A DNA stretch of 59,014 nucleotides, the filler included. It is 3 parts of 3 records of this genome, joined end to end, with 100 filler letters (N's around TTAATTAATTAA, not from the genome) between each part and the next. Parts side by side here need not be neighbours in the genome. Positions count along the whole stretch, not along the records: positions 1 to 31,021 come from SRR20825019_1386; 2 more parts are not named here. The stretch is one strand, 5' to 3'. Shown in pieces: positions 9,430-19,433 of the stretch; within the stretch, counting starts at the first letter, position 1, and each line of letters starts with the position of its first letter. A model generated the notes under the pieces. The model saw only the letters and a program-made list of their open reading frames with translations, ran no database searches and was not told where the DNA came from. Both the position numbers and the translations under genes were made by a program.

Positions 9430-10662
9430 ATGTCCGACCTCGAAACCCTTTCCGCCGCCTACAAAAATCTGAAGTCCCGCAACCAGAATATCGACATGAC
9501 CCGGGGTAAACCCTCTGCGGCTCAGCTCGATCTGGCGGCGGCCATGTTCGATCTCGTCAGCAGTGACGATTGCAAGGGTGCGGACGGTACCGATTACCGC
9601 AATTACGGCATCCTCGCCGGGATCCCGGAAGTACGGGCACTTTTCGCGGAGTTGATGGAAACCACCCCGGATCTGGTCATCGCGGGCGGCAATGGAAGTC
9701 TGCAGATGATGTATGACGCGCTTCTGGGGGCGGTCATGTTCGGCGTGCCGGGCGGCGACGGACCCTGGAAAGGCGCGAAGTTTCTTTGTCCGGTGCCGGG
9801 CTATGACCGGCATTTCGCCATTTGTGAGCGGCTTGGTATCGAGATGATCCCGGTCGAGATGCTGGATGACGGGCCGGACATGGATGCGGTCGAGGCACTG
9901 GTCGCCGACGACGCTTCCATCAAGGGCATCTGGTGCGTGCCGAAATATTCCAACCCGACCGGTGCGGTTTATTCGGACCTGACGGTGGACCGGCTGGCGG
10001 CAATGAAATGCGCCGCGCCGGATTTCCGGATCATGTGGGACAATGCCTATGTGGTGCATCACCTGACTGGCGAGATCGCCTCGGTTAAAAATATCCAGAA
10101 GGCGGCTGACGCGGCGGGTAATGCGGACCGTATCCTGACCTTCGTCTCCACCTCCAAGATCAGCCTGGCCGGTGGCGGCGTGGCGGCAATGTCCGCCTCC
10201 AAAACCAACATCGACGATCAGCTGGAGCGGATGTTTTATTCCAGCATCGGCCCGGACAAGATCAACCAGCTCCGCCATGTCCGGTTCTTCAAGGACGCGG
10301 CTGGCGTCGCCGCGCATATGGTCAAGCATGCCGCGATCATCGCGCCGAAATTCACCGTTGTGGAAAAAGCACTCACCGCAGCCTTCGAAGGCACAGATCT
10401 GGCCAGCTGGACCAAGCCCGAGGGCGGTTATTTCGTCAGTGTGGATCTCTCGGACGGTTGCGCGGCTGAAACGGTCAAGCTCTGCGCTGAAGCCGGTGTG
10501 AAGCTTACAGCCTCCGGCGCCTGCTTCCCCTATGGCAAGGACCCGCGCGACCGTAACATTCGCCTAGCTCCGACCATGCCGACATTGGACGAACTGGAAC
10601 GGGCGATGGAAGTCTTCTGCACGACCGCGAAAATGGTGTGTTTGAAAAGCACAGGCAGATAA
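9430..10662 (+). CDS. PLP-dependent class I/II aminotransferase (Rv3722c-like aspartate aminotransferase family)
   Basis: DMTRGKP, GYDRHF, CVPKYSNPTG, WDNAY, STSKI (PLP lysine), NIRLAPT. Confidence 0.9.
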   Translation: MSDLETLSAAYKNLKSRNQNIDMTRGKPSAAQLDLAAAMFDLVSSDDCKGADGTDYRNYGILAGIPEVRALFAELMETTPDLVIAGGNGSLQMMYDALLGAVMFGVPGGDGPWKGAKFLCPVPGYDRHFAICERLGIEMIPVEMLDDGPDMDAVEALVADDASIKGIWCVPKYSNPTGAVYSDLTVDRLAAMKCAAPDFRIMWDNAYVVHHLTGEIASVKNIQKAADAAGNADRILTFVSTSKISLAGGGVAAMSASKTNIDDQLERMFYSSIGPDKINQLRHVRFFKDAAGVAAHMVKHAAIIAPKFTVVEKALTAAFEGTDLASWTKPEGGYFVSVDLSDGCAAETVKLCAEAGVKLTASGACFPYGKDPRDRNIRLAPTMPTLDELERAMEVFCTTAKMVCLKSTGR

Positions 10663-10923
10663 ATTTTAACTTTCTGGCAAGGTTAACAAGGCTCTGTTGG
10701 TTTAGATTTTCGAATAAAGATTGTTCGGTGGATGTTTTTGGCTCTCGCCAGGTGCCCTCCGGGCAAGCGCTTGTGCGGGCTGTGAATATTATGTGAATAT
10801 TAAACGAGATCCTCCGCACTTGCTTTGAACTGGGATTCCTGCTTTGACGGATTGGTTGATCGTGCGGTAAAGTGACGCAGAATCATTGAGTGCAATAGAT
10901 TGATTCGAGCTATTGCAGTTAGC

Positions 10924-10933
10924 GGGGGGGGGG
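10924..10933 (+). repeat. G10 homopolymer at the RBS position of the radical SAM gene
   Basis: AGC-GGGGGGGGGG-CTTG, directly before the TTG codons at 10935 and 10941. Confidence 0.8.
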
Positions 10934-10934
10934 C

Positions 10935-13043
10935 TTGGTTTTGCGCGTATTGATTGTTGCACCCAGATTCATTCAAAATTATGGCCAATACTACGATTTT
11001 CCGCTTGGATTGGCATATATAGCGGCCTCCCTTAAGAAGGCCGGGCATGATGTCTTCGGGCTGAACCTGAACCACAAATTTGGCGATATAGCCGATCTTG
11101 TAGCCGATTGTGTGGCGCATAATAAGATTGAGGTTTGTGCTACCGGTGGCTTGTCGCCATTCCTTTCTAAGGTTTGTGACATTTTCGACGGTGCTCGCCG
11201 CGCAAATCCGCAAATCATCAACATCGCAGGTGGAGGCGTCGTGTCTAGTGACCCGGAAATTGCTCCGGATCTGATGGATATGGATGTCGGGATTGTTGGT
11301 GAGGGTGAATTTTCAATAGTAGATGTGCTTGCCGCATATGAGGCTGGTGAGCCGTTGAGTGCTATTAAGGGGATTGTCTTCCGCGGTGAGGATGGAAAGA
11401 CAGTGAGAACGCCTAATCGACCAGCTGTTATGGATCTTGCTGAGATACCATGGCCCGATTATGACGTGCTTGATGTGAACGAGTATCTGAATTTGCAAGG
11501 GACGCTTGATCACTACATTTCCCAGGGGGACAAGAATCCGAGGCCGCGATTGTTAACTATGATCAGCAGCCGGTCTTGCCCTTTTGCCTGTACATTCTGT
11601 TTTCATCCTGTAGGCAAGGTCTATCGGGAACGTCCGCTGGATGAGTTTTTCGCCGAGCTGAAGTCGCTTATTGAGCGTTACCAGATCACGGCCGTTTCAA
11701 TTTGTGATGAATTATTCTCGCTGCGAAAAGATCGCTTGCTCGAATTTTGTGAGCGGATCAAGCCGATGAATGTAAAGTGGAGCGTTCAGCTTCATGTAAA
11801 TAGTGTCAATGACGAGACCATGCAGGCAATGCATGATTCTGGCTGTACCGTGATTAGCTTCGGTATTGAAAGTATGAGCCAGACAGTGCTTGACAGCATG
11901 CAGAAGAAAGCCAAAAAAGAGAAAATAGAAAGCGCACTAAGTCTTGCGATGCAGTACAAAGTCGGCATTCAGGGGAATGTCATATTTGGTGACTCTGCGG
12001 AAACGCTTGAGACTGCGAACGAGACAATGCAATGGTGGGCGCATAATCAGCGTTATCATGTCGCGTTGAGTCGGCTTCAGGTCTTCCCGGGGAGCCCTGA
12101 CTATATAGTAGCGGTGCGTGATGGTCTCATTGAGGATCGGATAGCTTTTTCAAAGGAACTACCAACACGGTTAAATATCGCGAATATGAACGAGAAGAAT
12201 TTAATTCATTTAACTTCTCAAGCATTCATGCAGCGGCACACGGTCAAGCGGATACCCCGTAAATTTTCAATGCGAGTTAGTAAAGAGCAGATCATCGGTC
12301 GCGATATTGCTTATGATATTGATTGGCAGTGTCCAGACTGCTCATACGATAACGAATATCGAGGATGTGTTTTTGGAAAAGGCCACGAGCAGTTTGTCTA
12401 TCTGCATTGTCAAGATTGCAGAGTTCGGATTGATGTACCAAACATGAAAAGTAATCGTGAAAGGGCATTCATTCCGCTGGATAAGATTCCCGAGGCTCTA
12501 GGCGAAGATGGTAATGTTCAACGCAGTGCATATTTTATTACCCGCCATGCTGCATATGTTGAGCGCAACCTGAAAATGGAAGCCAAATCTGGTAAAGGTA
12601 TGGCAACTATCCTCTCGGTAACAGATGAAGCAACAGGCGCCTTATCAGCGCTTCCCGAAGGGCCAAACGATCTTGGCTATCATCCTCGCGATATATTTAA
12701 TGAAATTCATTCTGATCCGCTTAATCCATTGAAGCACTACAATATGGGGCGCGTCTTCGTTTCCATTAAGGCTTATGGCGCGGCTCTTTTGCATATCGAA
12801 CAGGCGGTTTATTTAGCGCCTAATCACAACGGCTTTAAAGAGCGGTTAGCTGAATTGAGGAAACGGGACGATTTTGCGGAACATGAGATGAAATTCTTCA
12901 TCAGCATGAGTGATGACCCGCCTCCTTACAGAGCGTCTCGCGAAACTGAAATGTATAACCGTAAAAAAGAACCGCCGTTCCCAGTATATAGCCGAGCAGG
13001 CAATCGTAAGAGCGTCGCAGAAACAGAACAGGCCGCATCTTAG
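10935..13043 (+). CDS. Cobalamin-binding radical SAM protein with C-terminal Zn-ribbon and TPR-like repeat
   Basis: PLGLAYIAA B12-binding start, SRSCPFACTFC (CxxxCxxC), FGIES, CPDC...CQDC, TPR-like HYNMGRVF...AVYLAP. Visibly AT-richer than the flanks. True start may be TTG 10941. Confidence 0.88.
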   Translation: MVLRVLIVAPRFIQNYGQYYDFPLGLAYIAASLKKAGHDVFGLNLNHKFGDIADLVADCVAHNKIEVCATGGLSPFLSKVCDIFDGARRANPQIINIAGGGVVSSDPEIAPDLMDMDVGIVGEGEFSIVDVLAAYEAGEPLSAIKGIVFRGEDGKTVRTPNRPAVMDLAEIPWPDYDVLDVNEYLNLQGTLDHYISQGDKNPRPRLLTMISSRSCPFACTFCFHPVGKVYRERPLDEFFAELKSLIERYQITAVSICDELFSLRKDRLLEFCERIKPMNVKWSVQLHVNSVNDETMQAMHDSGCTVISFGIESMSQTVLDSMQKKAKKEKIESALSLAMQYKVGIQGNVIFGDSAETLETANETMQWWAHNQRYHVALSRLQVFPGSPDYIVAVRDGLIEDRIAFSKELPTRLNIANMNEKNLIHLTSQAFMQRHTVKRIPRKFSMRVSKEQIIGRDIAYDIDWQCPDCSYDNEYRGCVFGKGHEQFVYLHCQDCRVRIDVPNMKSNRERAFIPLDKIPEALGEDGNVQRSAYFITRHAAYVERNLKMEAKSGKGMATILSVTDEATGALSALPEGPNDLGYHPRDIFNEIHSDPLNPLKHYNMGRVFVSIKAYGAALLHIEQAVYLAPNHNGFKERLAELRKRDDFAEHEMKFFISMSDDPPPYRASRETEMYNRKKEPPFPVYSRAGNRKSVAETEQAAS

Positions 13044-13129
13044 TCTTTTTCGGCGCGTTCGGTAGGATGGATGCTGAACATGCCTATATCTCGCAGCTCG
13101 GATGGCCGGTGGATGCTACATTCTGACGT

Positions 13130-13443
13130 GAAATCGTCGTTGTTGAAAACGCTCTGACCGCGCTATTTGCAGGAACCGGGTTTGCAACATGAATCAAGCC
13201 CGAGAATGGCTGTTCCGTCAGTGTTGCTCTTGCGAGCTATTGTACGGCTAAATGGTCAGGCTTTGGGCTGAGCGGGTGTGGGGAGGTAAATGCCTCTGGT
13301 GCCGAATCCGCCTATGATAAGGACCCGCGGATCGTAACATTCGCCTTGCTCTACAATGCCAACGGTGGATGAGCAGGAACGGGCTATGGAAGTTTTCTGG
13401 GCGACCGCGAAGTGGTCTGTTTGAAAAAGCAGTTTGATTATAA
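13130..13443 (+). pseudogene. Decayed duplicate of the 3' ~310 bp of the upstream aminotransferase gene
   Basis: Colinear with ~10347-10662, e.g. AAGGACCCGCGGATCGTAACATTCGCCT vs AAGGACCCGCGCGACCGTAACATTCGCCT and GGAACGGGCTATGGAAGT vs GGAACGGGCGATGGAAGT; contains indels and a TGG>TGA change. Confidence 0.85.
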
Positions 13444-13688
13444 CCTGCGATAGGGATGCTCGCGGCCCGAGAATACCCTTTATTTTTGCGCGGTTAGCGT
13501 TTTGTTTACCTGTTTCGCGCATCTTTAGCGTGCAGTTGGTCGATGTTAACTACATCGCTCCACGGCGCCGGTTGCACATACATATTATCATGCCGGCTTA
13601 GATCGCGGTTACAGGCCGGACTGGCCTGCTTTGCCGCTGTGCCGATGGTCTACTTCGAAATGGAGAGACACACTAGGAGGGATTTTTC

Positions 13689-15197
13689 ATGTCATTTTTT
13701 GGTCCTTCTTATCAGGGAAAATCTGCGGGTCGAGCTGAGTCTGAAGCAGTTTGCCGGGCGCTTGATATGTCTCTTGCAACGATCAAGTTTTCGCCCGACG
13801 GAACCATTATCGACGCGAATAAGAACTTTCTGGATGTCATGGGCTATACCCTCGACGAGATTCGCGGGAAGCATCACTGCATCTTCATCGATCCCGAGTT
13901 CAGGGAATCCGCCGAGTACAAAGGGTTCTGGAGCAGTCTCGCCGGCGGCAAATTCATGCAAGCCGAGTACAAGCGGTTTGGTAAAGGCGGCAAGGAAGTC
14001 TGGATTCAGGCTTCTTACAATCCGCTGCTGGACCGTAGCGGGAAAGTGTATCGGGTGATGAAGTTCGCGACGGACGTGACCGCGCGAAAGCTTAGGGACG
14101 CAGACAGAGCAGGGCAGATCGATGCGATCGGCCGATCGCAGGCCACGATCGAGTTCGAGCTTGATGGTACGATCATTACCGCTAACGAGAACTTCCTGAA
14201 TGCGGTGGGTTATTCTCTCGATGAAGTGAAAGGCCAGCACCATCGCATTTTTGTCGACCCGCAGGAGGCTTGTAGTCCTGAATATGCAGAGTTTTGGAAC
14301 AGTCTCAAGGGCGGGAAATTCAGCCAAGCTGAATACCGTCGGATCGATAAGAACGGAAACAACGTCTGGATTCAGGCTTCCTATAACCCGATCATGGATA
14401 TGAACGGGCAGCCTTTCAAGGTCGTCAAATATGCGACGGACGTGACAGATCAGGTGTTGATCCGTCAGCGGAACGAACAGGTCACAAAGGTGGTGAACGA
14501 GCGTATGGACACCATCGGCACCAGAGCTGAAACGGCCCGGATGAAAGTGAGAGCCGTTGCCGGAGCATCCGGTGAGGTGAGTGATGCCGTGAACGGTGTT
14601 GCTTCAGGCTCCGAAGAGCTTGACCAGTCGATTCAGGAGATCGCGAAAAACACCGCGATTTCGAACCAGCAGGTGGACCGTGCTCTTGACGAGATAAATT
14701 CAGCGGATGTCTCCATTACGGAACTCAATACGGCGGCGGACGCGATGGGCGGGATCATCGGTCTGATCCAGGATATTGCATCGCAGATCAATTTGTTGGC
14801 CCTGAACGCGACGATTGAGTCCGCGCGGGCGGGGGAAGCCGGGAAAGGCTTTGCCGTGGTTGCCAACGAAGTGAAGGGACTGGCCAATCAGGTGGCCGAG
14901 GCGACCACGAAAATCTCCGACGAGATCGAAGGCATGCAGACCGTCTCACACTCGGTTGTCGATGTTCTGGCGGTGATCAAAAACTCTATCAGTGAGGTTT
15001 CTCAAAGCGTTGCAGGTGTTGCCGGGGCCGTTGAAGAGCAGGCCGCCGTCACCCGTGAGATTTCCCAGGGCATGCAGACCGTCGCCAGTTCCGTTCGGGA
15101 AATCGACAGCAGCATTGAGGAAATCCGGGAAGCGGTCAGGACAACCGATATCGCGGCGAAGGAAGTCCGGGACGAGATGCAGAAACTGTCCGGGTAA
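13689..15197 (+). CDS. Soluble methyl-accepting chemotaxis protein with two PAS domains
   Basis: Two repeats of DGTII.AN.NFL...GKHH...WIQASYNP; signalling hairpin QINLLALNATIESARAGEAGKGFAVVANEVK; no TM; GGAGG RBS. Confidence 0.95.
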   Translation: MSFFGPSYQGKSAGRAESEAVCRALDMSLATIKFSPDGTIIDANKNFLDVMGYTLDEIRGKHHCIFIDPEFRESAEYKGFWSSLAGGKFMQAEYKRFGKGGKEVWIQASYNPLLDRSGKVYRVMKFATDVTARKLRDADRAGQIDAIGRSQATIEFELDGTIITANENFLNAVGYSLDEVKGQHHRIFVDPQEACSPEYAEFWNSLKGGKFSQAEYRRIDKNGNNVWIQASYNPIMDMNGQPFKVVKYATDVTDQVLIRQRNEQVTKVVNERMDTIGTRAETARMKVRAVAGASGEVSDAVNGVASGSEELDQSIQEIAKNTAISNQQVDRALDEINSADVSITELNTAADAMGGIIGLIQDIASQINLLALNATIESARAGEAGKGFAVVANEVKGLANQVAEATTKISDEIEGMQTVSHSVVDVLAVIKNSISEVSQSVAGVAGAVEEQAAVTREISQGMQTVASSVREIDSSIEEIREAVRTTDIAAKEVRDEMQKLSG

Positions 15198-15209
15198 TCC
15201 GGATAGTTT

Positions 15210-16196
15210 CTACCCGAGCCAATAATCTCCGTAGGTATCCGCCCATTTCTTGAAGTCGGCAAAGCTGCGCTCCGGATTCAGGTCCGGAGACCAGCCGAGT
15301 GCTTCCTTCAGCCGGGCACTGACCAGGAGCTGGCGGTCCACGTCCCCGTGCAGGTTCACCGTCGGCTCTTCGTCCGGTTTGGCGAGACGCCAGGAGAAAT
15401 CCGGATAGCCGCCCGCCAATAATTTGCACCAGTCCGCCGTGCTCCAGGCATCGGAGCAGCTGATGTTGAAAACGTCGTAGGGGCGGCTTTCGCTGTCGAT
15501 CAGGTGGACCAGGGCGTCGGCGATGTCACGGCTGTAGGTCCAGTCCCGCATGTCCCGATAACGCAGGGTGGCCTCGCCGCCCTTGAGCGCGATGAGGGAG
15601 GCCTGCATCTGTGGGCTCAGCGTGTCGCGCAAGCCGCTGTCCACTTCCCAGGGACCGAATACGCCGGAGAGGCGGACACTGAACATGTCCATGTCCCATA
15701 GTTCGGCCAGCCTGCGGATGATGCATTCCGACGCGAACTTCGTCGTTGAATACATGTTGTGCGGCCAGGCCGGCAGGTCTTCCGAGAGCGGTTTGTCGCC
15801 GAAGGCCGTCGTGCCGTAAGCGGCGGTGGAGCCGACATTGATGACCCGCTTGAGGCCGGCGTCCCGTGCGGCTTCCAGAGCGGCGGTGAAGCCCATCAGG
15901 TTGACCTCCAGAATGGAACGCGGTGCATTCGCGTCCCGCTCCGGTCCGGCGGTGATGGCGGCGGCGCAGAACATGCGGTCCACCTTGTTTTCTGTCAGCG
16001 CGGAGAGAATGGCGCCGTCCTTGAGCGCGTCGCCCACCACCTCGATTGCGGTGCCCGGATGCGTGGCGAAGGCGCGCTTCGCGGCGGCCGGGATCGGGCG
16101 GCGGTCGAATACCACAACGGTCTCTCCCTTCGCCAGAAGAGCTTCCGCGATGTTGAGGCCGACAAAGCCCGCGCCACCCAAAATCAGGACCGCCAT
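15210..16196 (-). CDS. NAD-dependent epimerase/dehydratase (extended SDR)
   Basis: GGAGFVG Rossmann motif, YSTTK (YxxxK), RDWTYSRD. Confidence 0.9.
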   Translation of the reverse strand: MAVLILGGAGFVGLNIAEALLAKGETVVVFDRRPIPAAAKRAFATHPGTAIEVVGDALKDGAILSALTENKVDRMFCAAAITAGPERDANAPRSILEVNLMGFTAALEAARDAGLKRVINVGSTAAYGTTAFGDKPLSEDLPAWPHNMYSTTKFASECIIRRLAELWDMDMFSVRLSGVFGPWEVDSGLRDTLSPQMQASLIALKGGEATLRYRDMRDWTYSRDIADALVHLIDSESRPYDVFNISCSDAWSTADWCKLLAGGYPDFSWRLAKPDEEPTVNLHGDVDRQLLVSARLKEALGWSPDLNPERSFADFKKWADTYGDYWLG

Positions 16197-16334
16197 TTAT
16201 CTTTCTCCACTCACCTGTTGATTTACCCGGATGATCCTAATGCGGGCGGCGGGATTGCCAAGAACTTCCAAAGGCATCGCACCCTGCGCGGTGGCGCGTT
16301 AGTCTGACCTGCGAACATTCGGGAGTGAGGAACA

Positions 16335-17234
16335 ATGACGGCATATCCGCGCGATCTTGTGGGCTACGGAGCCAATCCGCCGGATCCGCGCTGGCCCGAC
16401 GGGGCACGGCTGGCGGTGAATTTCGTCGTCAATATCGAGGAAGGGTCGGAATATTCCATCCCGGACGGCGATGGTTTCTCCGAGGCCAGCCTGACGGAAT
16501 CGCCGGACTCACCAACTGGTCCGGGTAGTCGTGATCTTGCCGCGGAATCCATGTTCGAATATGGCAGCCGGGTCGGCTTCTGGCGCGTGTTGCGGCTGTT
16601 TCAGGAACGGCAGATGCCGGCGACCTTCTTTACCTGTGCGCTGGCGGTTGAACGTAATCCGGAACTGGCCGAGGCGATCCGGACGTCCGGCTTTGATATC
16701 TGCTGCCACGGCTGGCGCTGGATCGAGCATTTCAGGCTGTCCCGCGAAGAAGAGCAGGACCATATCCGGCGGGCGGTCGACTCCCTGAAGAGAACTGTCG
16801 GCGAGCGGCCGCTTGGCTGGTATTGCAGGCACGGTCCGGGCGAGGCGACGCGGGAGCTGCTGGTGGAAGAGGGCGGCTTTCTCTATGACAGCGATGCCTA
16901 TAATGACGAGTTGCCCTATTGGGTCGAGGTTGGCGGCAACCAGCATCTCGTCGTGCCTTACTCACTGACCCATAATGATTCGAAATTTTCCCGTGGCTGG
17001 CTCAATACCGGCCAGCAGTTCTTCGAGTTCATCCGGGACGGGTTCGACATGCTCTATGCGGAGGGGGCGACCCAGCCGAAAATGATGTCGATCGGTCTGC
17101 ACACCCGGCTCATCGGTCATCCGGCGCGCGCTGCCGGGCTGGCGCGATTGCTCGACTATATCAAGGGCTTCGATGATGTCTGGGTGACGGGACGGCTGGA
17201 TATTGCCCGGCACTGGCGGGAGCATCATTCGTGA
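16335..17234 (+). CDS. puuE: Allantoinase PuuE / polysaccharide deacetylase family
   Basis: YPRDLVGYG, VNIEEGSE, FEYGSRVGFWR, HGWRW, YDSDAYNDELPYW, KMMSIGLH.RLIGHPAR. Confidence 0.8.
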   Translation: MTAYPRDLVGYGANPPDPRWPDGARLAVNFVVNIEEGSEYSIPDGDGFSEASLTESPDSPTGPGSRDLAAESMFEYGSRVGFWRVLRLFQERQMPATFFTCALAVERNPELAEAIRTSGFDICCHGWRWIEHFRLSREEEQDHIRRAVDSLKRTVGERPLGWYCRHGPGEATRELLVEEGGFLYDSDAYNDELPYWVEVGGNQHLVVPYSLTHNDSKFSRGWLNTGQQFFEFIRDGFDMLYAEGATQPKMMSIGLHTRLIGHPARAAGLARLLDYIKGFDDVWVTGRLDIARHWREHHS

Positions 17235-17323
17235 TGCTTTCGCCAGCCTGACGCCATCCCGTTATTTCTGAGTTGGCTCATTGCGGTTCCGGCACGGGCG
17301 CGCGGAGCCGCTCCACCCCGGGA

Positions 17324-17530
17324 TCAATGAACCTCTTCTTCCCAGTCCCGCCTGCGTATCAGAACCGGCTCGCAGCTTGGCTCTTTTGGCAAGAAGACCC
17401 AAAGACCAACCTCGGGCGAGTGGGGGTCGTCATACCCGTCGGCCTTGCTGATTGTACCGACGCGATCATAGAGCAGCTCATGAATATCGCCGGTATACCG
17501 AGCGGTCCGGTGTTCCATCGTCAGATTCAT
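17324..17530 (-). CDS. Small hypothetical protein (68 aa)
   Basis: Strong GGAGG RBS 5 nt before the ATG on the minus strand; fills the gap between puuE and the mipZ promoter. Confidence 0.6.
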   Translation of the reverse strand: MNLTMEHRTARYTGDIHELLYDRVGTISKADGYDDPHSPEVGLWVFLPKEPSCEPVLIRRRDWEEEVH

Positions 17531-18010
17531 CCTAACCTCCCGTACCTAAAGGGCACATTCAGTTGACGAAAAAGCAGGCGGGAGGTGAAGTCTTCGTTGC
17601 CTTAAAAATATTCAAAAAAAAGAAAATTCATCGCTGGACATAGCTGCAGGCTGCCGTGTGGCTCCATTTTCGTAAAAACGGGTAAAATAGCGCAATAAGC
17701 CATTATTTTTATGCAGAAATATGGTTTTAAGGCACGATAAATGTGCTTTGCATATTTTATGGAGACAAATTGTGTGGCCTCATTTTAGAGGGGCTGTTCA
17801 CGGGGATTCTCACCGGGACGAATGCGTGCCGTGTCTGTTTGCTCTCCTGCTGCCGAATATGTGGGCTACAATGTGAGCAAAATGTGGCTAATAAGGTACT
17901 TCTGAAACATTGGACCACTGATACTGATGTATTCGCCTGTGCGGCTTCGCTCTTTACGCCGCCAGGGACCGGATATAAGAACCGAAGGCATTTGTTCGCG
18001 AGGTACTGAC

Positions 18011-18952
18011 GTGACCGACCCATCTCCGGATACCGGCGCCAAGGCGCGTGCGCCTCTCGGCGCCGACGATCCGGCAACGGTTATTGTTTTCGGCAATGAA
18101 AAGGGTGGCTCCGGTAAATCGACCGGCTCCATGCATGTGACCGTGGCCTTGCTCCGGCTCGGCTTCAAGGTCGGCTCCATTGATCTCGACATGCGGCAAT
18201 GGACATTGACCCGCTATCTCTCGAACCGCGCGGGGACGATGAAGAACGATGGCATTTCGATGCCGATGCCCGTGCATGTGTTTCTTTCCCGCAGTGATAA
18301 GCCGAACCGCAAGGAAGCAGAGGCGGAGGACCGGCAACGGTTCGAGGCTGTTCTGAAGAAGCTGCGCGCCGAGTCAGATTTCGTGGTGATCGATTGCCCG
18401 GGCACGGACACCTATGTCGGCCGGCTCGCGACAGGGTATGCGGACAAGCTGGTCACGCCGCTGAATGACAGCTTCGTCGATCTCGACATGCTGGCCAATG
18501 TCGACGGAAAGACCGGTGAAATCATCAAGCCGAGCGTCTATTCCGAGATGGTCTGGGAAGCCCGCAAGCAGAAAGCAGCCCGCGATGGCGGCACGCTCGA
18601 CTGGATTGTGATGCGTAACCGTCTCTCCAGCCTCGCGGCCCGCAACAAGCAGGAAATGGAACGTGTGGTTGGTCTGCTGGCAAAGCGGATCGGCTTCCGG
18701 GTGGCGCCCGGTTTCAGTGAGCGGGTGATCTTCCGTGAATTGTTTCTGCGCGGCCTGACCATGCTGGATGTTTTCGAGATCGGCGACAGTGGCAAACCGC
18801 AGCTTTCCCACGTTGCCGCCCGCCAGGAAGTACGCGGGTTGCTGAATTCGCTGCAACTGCCGAACCGGGTTCCGACGCCGCATTCCAGTGAGCCGAATGA
18901 CGAGGCCGTCGAGGCGCCGCCGGTCATGGGCGACAAGGGCCACGAAAAGTAA
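18011..18952 (+). CDS. mipZ: Division-plane positioning ATPase MipZ
   Basis: GNEKGGSGKST deviant Walker A, IDCPG, TPLNDSFVD, DWIVMRNR, ERVIFRELF, ARQEVR; GTG start after GAGGT. Confidence 0.92.
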   Translation: MTDPSPDTGAKARAPLGADDPATVIVFGNEKGGSGKSTGSMHVTVALLRLGFKVGSIDLDMRQWTLTRYLSNRAGTMKNDGISMPMPVHVFLSRSDKPNRKEAEAEDRQRFEAVLKKLRAESDFVVIDCPGTDTYVGRLATGYADKLVTPLNDSFVDLDMLANVDGKTGEIIKPSVYSEMVWEARKQKAARDGGTLDWIVMRNRLSSLAARNKQEMERVVGLLAKRIGFRVAPGFSERVIFRELFLRGLTMLDVFEIGDSGKPQLSHVAARQEVRGLLNSLQLPNRVPTPHSSEPNDEAVEAPPVMGDKGHEK

Positions 18953-19013
18953 GGGGCTTGCCCGTTTCCCCGGATTTCATGTTCGGCATTTGCCATAAGA
19001 ATGGAGCGCTTTC

Positions 19014-19418
19014 GTGAGTGTGACCACCGGACTGAATCATCTGGGCCTGTCTGTCCGTGATCTGGATGAGACCACCCGGTTTTTTGTCGACGTGCTCGGT
19101 TGGGAAGAGGTGGCGCGGGACGAAAGCTATCCGCGCAATGCCGTGACGGACGGAACCTTGCGCCTGACGCTTTGGCAGGTTGATCACACGCTGGACGTGG
19201 CCGGTTTCGACCGGCGGGCGAATATCGGTCTGCACCACCTTGCCATCGAAGTGCCGGACGAAGATGTCCTGCATGCCACCGCCGCGCGGGTACGGGACTG
19301 GCCGGGAGTGGAAGTCGAGTTCATGCCGGAATTTATGGGTAAGGGGCCGAGGAAGCACATGATGTTTCGCGAGCCGGGCGGTATTCGCCTGGAGCTGGTC
19401 TGGCCGGGCGCCGCGTAG
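19014..19418 (+). CDS. VOC family protein
   Basis: GLNHLGLSV, GLHHLAI, EPGGIRLE motifs. Confidence 0.88.
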   Translation: MSVTTGLNHLGLSVRDLDETTRFFVDVLGWEEVARDESYPRNAVTDGTLRLTLWQVDHTLDVAGFDRRANIGLHHLAIEVPDEDVLHATAARVRDWPGVEVEFMPEFMGKGPRKHMMFREPGGIRLELVWPGAA

Positions 19419-19433
19419 GCGGTCAATACCGGC

